A stretch of DNA of 64,000 bases from Podarcis gaigeae (taxonomy: Eukaryota). The translations under genes were made by a program, and so were the position numbers. The stretch is taken from the NCBI GenBank assembly GCA_964106915.2, contig OZ066921.1. One strand, given 5' to 3'. The first letter of the stretch is position 1. Each line of letters opens with the position of its first letter. The notes under the pieces were generated by a model that saw nothing but the letters and a program-made list of their open reading frames with translations, was not told where the DNA came from and ran no database searches. Positions 40,601 to 50,980 of the stretch are shown here, one piece after another.

Positions 40601-42462
40601 CTTGAGGGCATGGCATAGATGCCACTTGACAGCTGAGGCTATCTGATAGGAAGCTGAGGTGGTGTTTTCTGGGGTTCCCAGCTTGAGAGTTGGGGGAGCC
40701 TTTGCGGTGGAAACATCTTGCTATCTCTTATGCAAGGGATGTTCATTGTGGCTCAGGTGGTTTTGCTGATGGCTGTCTGGATTTGCACACATTCTGCTTC
40801 ACCAAAAACAAGGTTCTGGAACCTTGGCCTGCCCCTAAATGCCATTAGGAAAGATGGTTCTTTTGGAATATAGCCTAGTGGTTGAGATAACCATCAGCCA
40901 CTGTGATTCTCTGTGGGGTGGCCTAGGAGCCTAGAAGCCAGCTGTTCTCAGATTTATAAAGCTATAATTTCCCTTTAAGGCAATATCCGTGTGTTTGGTC
41001 GTGTTCGGCCAGTATGTAAAGAGGATGGCGATGGGCCAGAAGCTGCCAGTGCGGTGACATTTGACCCTGATGATGATGCCATCTTGCATCTGATGCATAG
41101 AGGGAAGCTGGTATCATTTGAACTTGACAAGGTTTTCCCTCCTGAAGCAACACAGGAAGATGTAAGTATAGTCACGGTGTTCTCCTGTTAAGTTAGCAAG
41201 AATGTCTGCTGGGTGAGAGAAGGAGGAACGTAGCTCAAAGGGAAACGTCTCATTTGTTGAGTTACTTAACTAGGTAGGAATGTGTTTACCAGCAGGCAAA
41301 TTAGACATGTTGCTGTTGCTGCAGTGTCTCATCTTCCTCCTTTACTCTATATGTAAAGAGGTTGTGATTCATTTAGTTTGGACTTAGTAGTCTCATGGAT
41401 ATGTATGAGCCTGGTGGCAGCAGAGCAAAGTACTCTGCCAATGCCTTACGCAAACTTTGTTTTTTAAAGGTCTTCCGGGAAGTTCAAGCCCTGATCACAT
41501 CCTGCATTGATGGTTACAATGTTTGCATTTTCGCCTATGGCCAGACAGGTGCCGGCAAGACATACACAATGGAGGTGAGCTGCTTTTCAGTTCCTTTTTA
41601 AACGATTTTGCAGTTCCCATAGCCCAGTTGTGGGGTTGTTCAGCTAGTGCTAAATGCCTATCTATTTGGGGGTGGGGACTGAATATAAAGCCCGTATTAC
41701 GTGTCTGCGAGTGTGTTTCCAAGTTCAGTTCAAGGTGGTGGCTCTCACCTTTTAAAGGTGTCCTTGGGCCCACATATCTTGGGGAGCATCTTTTCCCTTA
41801 TGAACGTCCCCAGTTATTCACACCAACCCAGGAGGTCTTGCCCCATTTGGCAAGTCCCTAAAATGTGGCCCTGCAGCTGCTCAATGCTCTTCCAAAGGTT
41901 TTTCAGGCTGCATCATTGTGCAGTTTTAGGTTACAAAAAAACCCACTCCTTCCTGCTCTTACTCATTACAGGGGTGGAGTATACAGGAAAGGGTTACCTC
42001 TTCTTTTGGAAGGCAGTGTCAAAACTAGGAGTCAATAAATCTGGTTACCTGTGGTCAACTGGAAAAGGAGGGAACCTTCTCACCAGTCTTGATTCCTCCT
42101 TCACTGGATGAGCAGGGTTAATCCTTTGCTCCCACTTGCTCTGCCTCAAGGGGTAGGAGTGGTCCAATTTCCTTTCATTCTTTTGAAAACACCAGTTGCT
42201 ATTTAGGCTTTCTGGCTGCTGTTTGGGGCAGACTGTGTTGTATAGTGTTTCCATGTTTGCTGAGGGGGATTTGTGGTATAGAGTTCAAAATACTACCTTT
42301 TAGCCTATATAAGGTTTTATTGTTTTTGCATTTTTACAAAAAAACTGTGTGTCCCCCACTGCTGGGGATGGCAGGGAGATGGATATAGGGAAGGTAAATT
42401 GATGACTGCACTGCAGTGAGTCAGTGATGGTGTGCTGGACTGCCTGGCATGAGCATGTGTGT

Positions 42463-42500
<38 letters not shown>

Positions 42501-45500
42501 TTTCTGGTGTTCCTTTCTTCTTATGTAATGTTAATTCATTGAAGGAACATGATGTCCCTTCCATTTTCCTCACCAGGGAACTCCCGAAAACCCAGGAATC
42601 AACCAGCGGGCACTGCAGCTTCTCTTCTCAGAAGTGCAGGCAAAAGCCTCCGACTGGAACTACCAGATCACTGTCAGTGTGGCTGAGATCTACAACGAAG
42701 CCCTCAGGTAACCGCAGGATGCCAAAGACTTCTCAGTCCCTAGATTCAAAACCCTAGGGTTTTGAATGTCCCAGTAAACAATTTCAGTGGCAGTGGTGGA
42801 ACAGCTTGTGCTTTCTGCAGGAGAAGCGACCCCGCCCCATGTAACAAGGGAATGCTTCAGGAAAGTCCAACCTTCTGGCTCCAGTGGTGTTGATGGATGT
42901 GCCGATAGGCAGTTTTAATATTCCTATTCAGATGCTCTGGAAACTAGCTCTGGTGTTGAAGCAAGTTTCGGAACTGAGCCCCGAGACAGAATTAGCTCTT
43001 GCAGTGGCAACTCTGTTCACCTGTTTTCAGAATTTAGTTCCTCTTGGGTAGCTGCTCTCTTAGCCAAGGCAGTTCATTGTGACTCGTTAGAATTTGTTCA
43101 GCTAAAAAAATTCCTTTGACTGAGGAATACTTGTTCCATGGTTCTTCCCTCCTTCCCTCCATTAGCTGTTCTCTGCCTCTGTTCAAAGCACTTGGAATGG
43201 TGTTGGTATTGGACACTCTTAGGTTGAAGAACACTGTCCTCCTGCAATTTGTAACTTGGGAAGGAAGAAATAGCTCTTTAGCTAAGGGACCTGATCCTGC
43301 TGCAAGAGAACCAATGTGGGGGTTTTCTTTCAGCAATCAAATATTGGGTGTCTTATTTGTTACTGTTTCTTCGGCAACTGTCTCTCACCTACTGCACCCC
43401 TAACCCATCTTTCTATGCTGGAAAAGTGTCCTTTTGGAGCACATAGCCTTACAAAGATTTTGCTTGCCTCTCTCTTTCAGAGACCTGCTTGGAAAGGAGC
43501 CACAGGAGAAGTTGGACATCAAACTGTGCCCAGATGGTAGTGGACAGCTCTATGTGCCAGGCCTGACAGAGTTCCCTGTGCACTGTGTAGAAGACATCAA
43601 CCAGGTTAGAAAACGGGCAAGGCGGCTTCACTTTAAATAGCAAGTCAACCACCCCCCAGTCTAGGTCCAGGTGAGGGAAGTTCAGAAAGGCTCACTTCTG
43701 TAAATGAGATTTACAGGAAAAATAAATGAAGAATTTTAATGAGTATTTTATGACACAAGTACCAGAAACTGCTTTGATTGATAGGATAGGATTATATAAA
43801 AATGTGATGTGGGCAGTATTGTGTGCGTTGCACTGTGAAGCTGAGTTTACTGTGCAGCCTGCATCTTTTTTCCTGTTTCTTGGGCTTTGAGTTTTCAGCT
43901 GTAACAAATCTTAAGGACTTCCACTGACTGTGTGGTGCCAGGGAAGTTCTGCAAAGGCACTCTCTGCTGCTCAGGCATCCTGCTGCCCTCTGAATGGGCG
44001 CCAAGTGCCTGGGATGGTGGTCAGAGAGGGAGGCCTATGTGAGAACTGGCTGCTGAAGACAGGTGTGGCTTGTCCATCTTTCTCTCTCTGTGCACTTATT
44101 CTAGGTCTTTGAATTTGGTCATATCAACCGAGTGACTGAAAGCACCTACTTGAACGAGCACAGCTCCCGATCTCACGCCCTCCTGATTATCACAGTGAGG
44201 GGAATTGATTACAGCACAGGAATACGAACCACAGGTTGGTAGAAATTTACTCCTAGTTGTTGTCAACCATGAAGGAAACATGGTCTCCTAACCTAGGTTG
44301 TAAGTGAATCACATAAGAAACAGATATGACAATTAATTTTGTAGATGATAGCCAAATGACAATGTAGCTCAGGCCGGTTGATACTTGAGACAAGGTCCAG
44401 GAGAGGTCCATGCAGTGAGCCACCAGGTTTAATTGAGCAGAATAAATTGTAAGAAACATTACTGGGCATCACTTTGGCTGGTAGCCAGGGATAGTTCCTT
44501 TGCATTGTGTTTGCCACCGTTGTGGACAAACCAGTAACTGAACCCTTGGGTTCTCGACCACCAGTTTCTACATGCAGTCAAGCTCTTTGGTTTCTTGGTG
44601 ATCTTAGAAGGGTGCTTGATCATCGATGGCTCTGGCTGTTGTTTGCCAAGACCCAAAGTCTTGTTGAATACTAATAGCTCAGTCCTAAACATATTTATTA
44701 GCAAGTAAGTATGCTCAGGATTGTAGTTCAAGTGTGCCTGACTTCTTTCCCCCTAGGGAAGCTGAATTTGGTCGATCTGGCAGGATCTGAGCGTGTGGGG
44801 AGGTCTGGTGCAGAGGGGAGCAGGCTGCGTGAGGCTCAGTACATCAACAAATCGCTCTCAGCTTTGGGAGATGTGATCTATGCCCTGCGTTCCCGCCAGG
44901 GCCATGTGCCATTCCGCAACTCCAAGCTGACCTACCTGCTTCAAGACTCTCTCAGTGGTGACAGCAAGACCCTCATGATGGTCCAGGTGGGTGCTGCCAT
45001 AATGGGGGGGGGGGCCTTTCAAGTGACACATAATGAATTGCATATTCAGTGTATTTGGTGCAGTGTGATGCGCCTACTTCTCCTTGAGAGCTATGCCATT
45101 CCTGGATGTTGTTTTTTGCTATATTTTTATTTATTTTCAATAATATCTGGATACGGAATAAAAAACGTATTCAGCAGTCCAGATGCTTGTTATTTTAAAG
45201 TTAGTAACGGTTATTGCAAAAGATTGACAAATGCAATACATAAGTAACAATAGAACAAATAACTATTTCCAGCCCCCACCACAAATAAAATTCTTTGTTA
45301 GCAATCTACACACAGTGTATCGTATCGTATTGTATTGTCCAGAACAACACTTTAGCAAAAAGGCCGTTCCTGTTTTGACTGCCATGTGCAGTTGTGCATG
45401 CAACAACTGGTGTAAGTTCCCTGCCTGCACTGTTTGGATATCTAAAAAATGTTTTGTGTGCTTGGCTGTGTAATCTCAGCCCTGGAGCATTCCCCACCCC

Positions 45501-47625
45501 CGCCTAAGAAAAAAAGAAAAACCCAGCATAACCCAAAGTTGCAAAGGACAGCAAGACTCCTTCTGTTTCTCTCCCTGCTTTCCATCCCATGCACCTTTGG
45601 GGAAAGGGGACAAACAGCATAGATCTATAAGCGGGAGGCATCAGCAGGAGCTCACCACTTCTCCCTCGGTTCTTTCAGCTTTAAATATGGATAATCATGA
45701 ATGTTCCCTTTTCCCTCCCTGGTCAGGTCTCTCCTGTGGAGAAAAATACAAGTGAGACACTCTGTTCCCTTAAGTTTGCTGAGAGGGTTCGCTCTGTTGA
45801 ACTGGGCTGTGGCTCTCGGAGGACAGAATTGGGCTCCTGGACCAGTCAGGAGCACTTAGAGGTAACTGGCCCTCATTGGTTTCATCCTGCTTTCTTATGC
45901 AGGAGTGTATCTTTGGGCTTATTCTTGCTTCATACTTTGCCTACAGGGAAGTGCTTTTGGTATAATCTGGACACCAGGCAGGTGCTGTTTGGGTGATCTA
46001 GTGTAAATAATAACCTACAAGGCCTTTTTCACTTCAGATTTCTTATTTCTTAGGTAAACAGAAGTAGATATGAGGGGAAATCAGCCAAAACAAATGTATC
46101 ATGATGTAGTATATAATACTTTTAGTTTGATAAGTTTGCTGTATTCTCTTATGACTTTGTATGTCATATTGAGGGCCGGCCCACCCATGAGACAAGGTGA
46201 GACAACCGCATCAGGCAGTAGGATCCACAGGGGCAAACCCCAATGCTGATCTTCCTTACCCCCTTGTTCCTGATGTAGATCTTCCTTGGTGCCATTTGGG
46301 GTCTACCTCAGGTGCCAAAATGTCTTGGGTGGGCCCTGGTTATATTGGCTTAACACAAAATCAGTTATTGTGTATGTTACTGCACCAAGTTTGGTGTTTT
46401 ACAGCTTCTATTTTGGAAATGTGATATTGGTTGTACGTACTGCTAAAATCATTCTCATATAAAAATAAAACCAGAAACCTCCACAAAGTTAACATAAAAT
46501 GTTGCAAACTCCTGTGGCGGCTCTTCTAGGCAGACTCATCATCAGTCACAGCACAGCCCTGCATCCGAAGTCAGTCTTCTCCTCGGACTCGGCGAGCGAG
46601 TTCACTCCGGGCAAGACTCCAGACGTCAGGTAAGACTTGCATAGAAGCCGGCTCTTCCTTTTGCTCCTCAGGGCACTCTGACTCTCCCAGAGATTCTGAG
46701 ACACAGTGATGCTCTCTGGGTTTTCATGTAGAGGTGAGCTGAATTCCACAACTGGTGCCTCTGGACACTCAGAGTGTGTGTGCATGTGCATTTGCCAAAC
46801 AATTTCAAAACTATTTTGAAGATGAGGCCTGCAACAGGGCAAGCCCTCTCCTCACTGCTGCTGTGTAATCATCCAGGGGTAGGAGGGAGGAAGAAGCAGC
46901 ATAATAGAGGTATCAGGAAGGGTGCAGTAAACAGGAGGCTGATGTCTCATTTACCAAAAGATGTCAAGGCACACAAATAGGCCTTGAAACATCCCTCAAG
47001 GAAGCAGATCAGACAACCCTCCTGTTCCAGCCACCCCTCCATTCTGTATATACTGTAGGTAGGGGTGGCAGTAGAGAGTGGGATTGATTTGGACCAGGAT
47101 GGATGCTGGGTGCTTAGAAAATCTTCTGGCTGCTCATGTTCATGAGTAGTGGCTTTCTGCTCTTCCCGGGGCAAATCAGGTCACAATGGCAGGGGAGGGA
47201 TGGGTGCATAGAACATCAAGTGTATTCCAGGAGAAGCACAGAGTGTAGGGAGCCCTCTAGACAACATTCATCTCCATGCACCTTTGCTTTGAGATCAGCT
47301 ATCCTCATTTACAATTAGAACAGAGATAGTCCTTTTGCCTCCAGCCTCAAATCCATCATTTGCCAGGCACACTCCATGTTCATAAACTTTTCTAGGAAGT
47401 TCAAGGATTAGAATTGCTCTTGTTGGATCAAATCGAAGGTTCCAGCAGCCATGCTGGACAGCCAGATGCTGTGAGTAAACTCATCAAGACATGATGGTGT
47501 CACCCAGCACCAAGCAGCTAATTGTTCATTAATGCAGTACACGCCCGGCTGCTTTTCCTCTTAATTTATAAGTGTGGGGATGCAAAACAAACCTGTTGTC
47601 CCATTTGATTTCAGCCTGGAATTAA
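34837..47625 (+). CDS. KIFC3: Kinesin-like protein KIFC3 (kinesin-14, C-terminal minus-end-directed motor)
   Basis: Exons 34837-35033, 35922-35987, 37768-37911, 38017-38256, 38487-38660, 39754-39901, 40111-40241, 40463-40574, 40980-41161, 41470-41574, 42577-42707, 43481-43604, 44105-44234, 44757-44986, 45727-45861, 46530-46629 and 47615-47625(stop), all GT-AG with consistent phase. Coiled-coil stalk, neck ELVRLKGNIRV, P-loop GQTGAGKT, switch I NEHSSRSH and switch II DLAGSE are present. About 767 aa from ATG 34893; the true start and last exon are uncertain. Confidence 0.96.
35922..35987 (+). CDS. KIFC3: KIFC3 66-nt exon ([22 protein letters not shown])
   Basis: tag| acceptor, |gtgagc donor; equals human VEHLKEKLISQAQEVSRLRSEL; too short for the ORF track. 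Confidence 0.85.
37768..37911 (+). CDS. KIFC3: KIFC3 exon ([12 protein letters not shown]...CEHSQ)
   Basis: GT-AG boundaries, 144 nt. Confidence 0.92.
38017..38256 (+). CDS. KIFC3: KIFC3 exon (ENVKLQEKL...QQIK)
   Basis: GT-AG boundaries, 240 nt. Confidence 0.92.
38487..38660 (+). CDS. KIFC3: KIFC3 exon ([10 protein letters not shown]...LRAQ)
   Basis: GT-AG boundaries, 174 nt. Confidence 0.93.
39340..39581. mobile_element. Tc1/mariner MITE nested in an older interspersed repeat (~39010-39680)
   Basis: TA-CAGTGGTACCT...AGGTACCACTG-TA; inverted relative to 11158-11383. Confidence 0.85.
39754..39901 (+). CDS. KIFC3: KIFC3 exon ([12 protein letters not shown]...HENLA)
   Basis: GT-AG boundaries, 148 nt. 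Confidence 0.93.
40111..40241 (+). CDS. KIFC3: KIFC3 exon ([10 protein letters not shown]...AKAE)
   Basis: GT-AG boundaries, 131 nt. Confidence 0.93.
40463..40574 (+). CDS. KIFC3: KIFC3 exon (IGQAIEEV...NELVRLK, neck)
   Basis: GT-AG boundaries, 112 nt. Confidence 0.93.
40980..41161 (+). CDS. KIFC3: KIFC3 exon ([10 protein letters not shown]...ATQED)
   Basis: GT-AG boundaries, 182 nt; start of the motor domain. Confidence 0.93.
41470..41574 (+). CDS. KIFC3: KIFC3 exon (VFREVQ...[13 protein letters not shown]-loop)
   Basis: GT-AG boundaries, 105 nt. Confidence 0.95.
42456..42500. repeat. Compound (TG)n(CG)n(CA)n microsatellite
   Basis: Alternating purine-pyrimidine tract; similar tracts at 36151-36180 and 7278-7306. 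Confidence 0.9.
42577..42707 (+). CDS. KIFC3: KIFC3 exon ([13 protein letters not shown]...EIYNEAL)
   Basis: GT-AG boundaries, 131 nt. Confidence 0.93.
43481..43604 (+). CDS. KIFC3: KIFC3 exon ([10 protein letters not shown]...EDINQ)
   Basis: GT-AG boundaries, 124 nt. Confidence 0.93.
44105..44234 (+). CDS. KIFC3: KIFC3 exon (VFEFGH...NEHSSRSH...IRTT, switch I)
   Basis: GT-AG boundaries, 130 nt. Confidence 0.93.
44757..44986 (+). CDS. KIFC3: KIFC3 exon ([12 protein letters not shown]...TLMMVQ, switch II)
   Basis: GT-AG boundaries, 230 nt. Confidence 0.95.
45727..45861 (+). CDS. KIFC3: KIFC3 exon (VSPVEKN...SQEHLE)
   Basis: GT-AG boundaries, 135 nt. Confidence 0.93.
46172..46337. mobile_element. 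Short DNA-transposon-like element (Harbinger-like TIR); related fragment ~1935-2130
   Basis: AGGGCCGGCCCA...TGGGTGGGCCCT termini; cccacccatgag..aggtgag motif shared with 1935-1975. Confidence 0.5.
46530..46629 (+). CDS. KIFC3: KIFC3 C-terminal tail exon ([10 protein letters not shown]...RLQTS)
   Basis: tctag| acceptor, G|gtaaga donor; ending aligns with human IRRKLQPS. Confidence 0.75.
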
Positions 47626-47647
47626 GAGAAGCTCTGTCTGCCTCCAG
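47615..47647 (+). CDS. KIFC3: KIFC3 33-nt stop-containing micro-exon (A-W-N-stop; TAA at 47623-25)
   Basis: tttcag|CC acceptor in the required phase, CAG|gtgagt donor; parallels the human ...QPSA* isoform. Confidence 0.55.
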
Positions 47648-48851
47648 GTGAGTGTGGACAGGTGCTGGGTGCTGGAGACTAAGCTGCTTAGCAAGGTGAA
47701 GGGCTATGCTTTGGCCAGGGAGGCAGGGAATGGGCACAACCTCTCCTGCTTTCTTGGGGGTCAGGGCTTGTAGTTGATGGCATTTTCACATCTGCAGAAT
47801 CTGGGAAGTGGCACTGAACCTTGAGAACTTAAGTTTCCACCTTTATTTTACTTTTTAAAGCATGTTTGGATTGCTTGTAACCATGGAGGTGTATTACGAA
47901 ACCTCTAGCATTCTAGGGATGGAGCCTCTGGGCACTGTATGATAACTCTTCTTTGATCTAATTGTATACTGTACTTAAAGTGCCTGCATAACTGCCTGCT
48001 GCTTCATAGATTCCTTTTCTGCTTCAGATCTCAAATCAGATCTCCAAATCTGTCGCCAGAGGTGGCTTTCTGACCTACCCCTGACCAGCTTCTCTTTTCT
48101 GTTCCTTTAGGAAAGTGCTTCATATTCTGAAACTCTTCCTGTGCAAAAATCAGTAATGCAGTAAACATAACTTGAAGGATCATTTGCCATTAGATTATAG
48201 AACACAATTTGTAAATTCTTTTAGTTTTGTATTTTTAAAACTTTATTAGCATGACATTCTGCACAGAGGTTTTGGCTAGAGCCTGGCCAGCTGCCACTCA
48301 TGGGTGACCTGTTATGCATGTAGCAAAGAGATGGTTGGCACTGTGGATGCAGTGTAGGAATAGAAAGCAAAGTGCCCTAATATTTTCCCTTGGTTTTTTT
48401 TTTTTAGGGAAACTGAGGCCAATTCCTGTGTGAAGCAGCTGATTTGAGGAACATGCTTTTTTAAAAGGAGTTTCAGAAACCATGAATACTTTTTAAAGAG
48501 ACTACTCATCTTCCTGCCCACCTCAGAGGCTAATAGACACTGATTTGGGAGACACAAAGAAAGGGAAGCCACAGCAAAAAGAAGGGTGGTGCCATCTGCC
48601 AGCCCTTGAATTGCGAAGGGTCTCTCCATCAGACACACTCCCATCCTGAGAGAAGGTGACATGACAGCCCCCTGTTGTACCTCATCCGTTGCTGGCAATG
48701 GATGGACTTGGGCTTGGATGCAACTGGACTTCAGGAGATGGTTCATCTGCCTATTTGACATGAGGTGAATTTTACTATATTTTTAAAGGGAGAATGGAGG
48801 TCCTAGACCCATTCCCATCCTTTTGGCCCTCTGCATTGATTTTTTTAATTT

Positions 48852-48857
48852 AATAAA
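48852..48857 (+). terminator. Candidate KIFC3 polyadenylation signal
   Basis: AATAAA followed by a GT/T-rich downstream element. Confidence 0.55.
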
Positions 48858-50241
48858 CTCTTTGCACCAAGATGTGGCTTCCAAGCACCATGTGTTTCTG
48901 CTTTTTATAAAACGAACAACTCAGCGGTCTTCCTTGTAACAGAAAAGCAATAGTGGAAGCAAAATTCAGCTGGACTAGGGCAGAGCTTAACCTGCAACAC
49001 TAGTACTCACTTCACACAATGAGTAGTTGGCTGGGCCAGAACAGCTATGAGAATAGCTGGGACTAAAGGCATTTTCTCTGAATTTCATCTTTCCTCCCGC
49101 ATACTCCAGGTTATTAGAAATCCTCTAATGAGCTCCACAGAAGGGATCATTGTCCCTGTAACACACAGAATTACTTATTTGCTCCTATTTGTTTTTATTA
49201 TTGTATTTAAGGATATATCTGTTTATTTTCAGTCCATGTCACTTTTGTCTATGTTCCTTCTGTTTTCTCTCATTTTTCTATGTGTATTTTTTTAGAAGTC
49301 TCAAGTATGCATTTCTCTGCAAATTTAATTGTTATGAGGTGATCTATGGTCTGCCTTTTTAAAAAAAAACAAAAAAAAAAAACACCTTAGGTCTCCAAGG
49401 ATCCCACCCATGATGTGTACCAAGTGAATTCACTCTGGAATATAGACATCAAATTCCTTGAGTATCCCTAGTTTTCTCACTTTCAAATGATAAACTTACT
49501 CCAAATGTAAGCTCACACCACTCCACACAGTGCTAGGGCTGAGCACTTTATAGAATTAAATGAAATGCAGGCATGCCATCAGGCGTATAAAATTAAATAG
49601 ACAAAACACACAAAGGAACTCATGTAGGGAGATCAGACTAAAATGGCAAGTTGTAAACTGGCATTTACTAAGGGTGTTCACGAGCCAAAAGATTCAATTT
49701 GGATATGTATCTGTTGCTTTGTTCATCAGCCCAATCTGTTCTGAGTCAATCTGTGGTCTATCTGAAGCTACTTAATTCAGATTCAAATCATTTTTAACAA
49801 AGCTGTTTCCTCCCTTCTGCTTTCATAAACAGCTATAACATTTTCCTTTTGACACAAGTGGATAAAATTTGCCTCTGGGGTGGATTTAGTCTACAAATTG
49901 GACTTAACTTTGTCATTAGCGGACACCCAGCACCAGAGGGCATTCACCCCCTCCGTACTTGACTCCACAAACCAGGAGAAAAACCTCTGGGTATGTCTCT
50001 GGGCTGCTGGTGTAAACAGAGCTGGAGCTACCCGCTTCCTCTCTGCTTTTTCCTAGGTCACTTTGGGGGCCAAGGGTCACTTTCATTTTAAAGAAGAAAA
50101 GGGCATAATATATAAAGTAAAGCATTGTAAGACTTTCCTTTTGTGGGAGTTAGAATATGAATCTGTAACCTAAACAAAATTATGAGCTATGGAAGGGGAA
50201 AGACACAGAACTACTGTTTTTCAAAATAAAGTTACAAATGT

Positions 50242-50247
50242 TTTAAT
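50242..50247 (-). terminator. Candidate KATNB1 polyadenylation signal
   Basis: ATTAAA on the - strand ~600 nt after the stop, with a T-rich downstream sequence. Confidence 0.45.
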
Positions 50248-50847
50248 GAAATTCATCATAACTTATCAGTTTATGAACAGCAGACTGCAGCGTATTAACA
50301 AGAGATGAAGGGGAAAGAGCAGGCCATTCCTCAGTATCAAGCTTTTCCACCATGGAACAAAACAAGAGGGGGCAGCAGTGTGGGGCTCAACTCCTCCAGC
50401 CCAAGAAACTAAGCTGCACAGGCAGATGGTCCCATCCCACCCACTCCTGCCTCAAGTCCCACCACAGTGAGGATGGAAAAGAAGCAGGGCTGGGCTCATC
50501 ACTAGGGAGTTGGTCCCAAGCACTGTTGGTTGCCAGGGTCTAGAGATGCTGCCCATGGTTGGATTCTAACACAGCATTCCCATTTGCTGCCGCGCCCCCC
50601 CGCCCAATGCAGCTATGTAGACAGAAAGGCAGGGGGTCTGTGCCACAGCAGGACAGTCCAGTTTGCAATGTAGCCTGTAAGGCACTGAACATGGAGCACC
50701 CAACCCATCAGCCCCCTCCCTTACCTCCTGGAGAACTGTGGCGAGATGGACACCAAAGAAAACTACCCGAAGTGGCTGGAGTGAGAGGCCATGGAGGGAA
50801 GACGAGCCTCAGGCGGTATGTGTGGATGGATGAAGGGCACCACCCCA

Positions 50848-50980
50848 TCACTCAAGGACAGCCATCAGGAGGTGCAGCTCACGGAAGGCACTGCCATGGC
50901 GGCCACTGAGTCCAGATTTGTTCTTGATGATGTTGCTGATGTTTTTCAGCTGCTTGTAGCACAGGCGGCATTTGTGAAGC
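50848..50980 (-). CDS. KATNB1: KATNB1 terminal coding exon ([11 protein letters not shown]...MAVLE*)
   Basis: acag| acceptor; TGA at 50850-50848. Confidence 0.93.

Noticed and set aside
44141-44175. Tyr in place of Asn before switch I ([12 protein letters not shown])
   Set aside because: That position varies among kinesins; the invariant NxxSSRSH is intact.
47161-47210. GKS-encoding stretch resembling the human KIFC3 GKSRPLPV ending
   Set aside because: Preceded by GG rather than an AG acceptor; better acceptors exist at 47614 and 48110.
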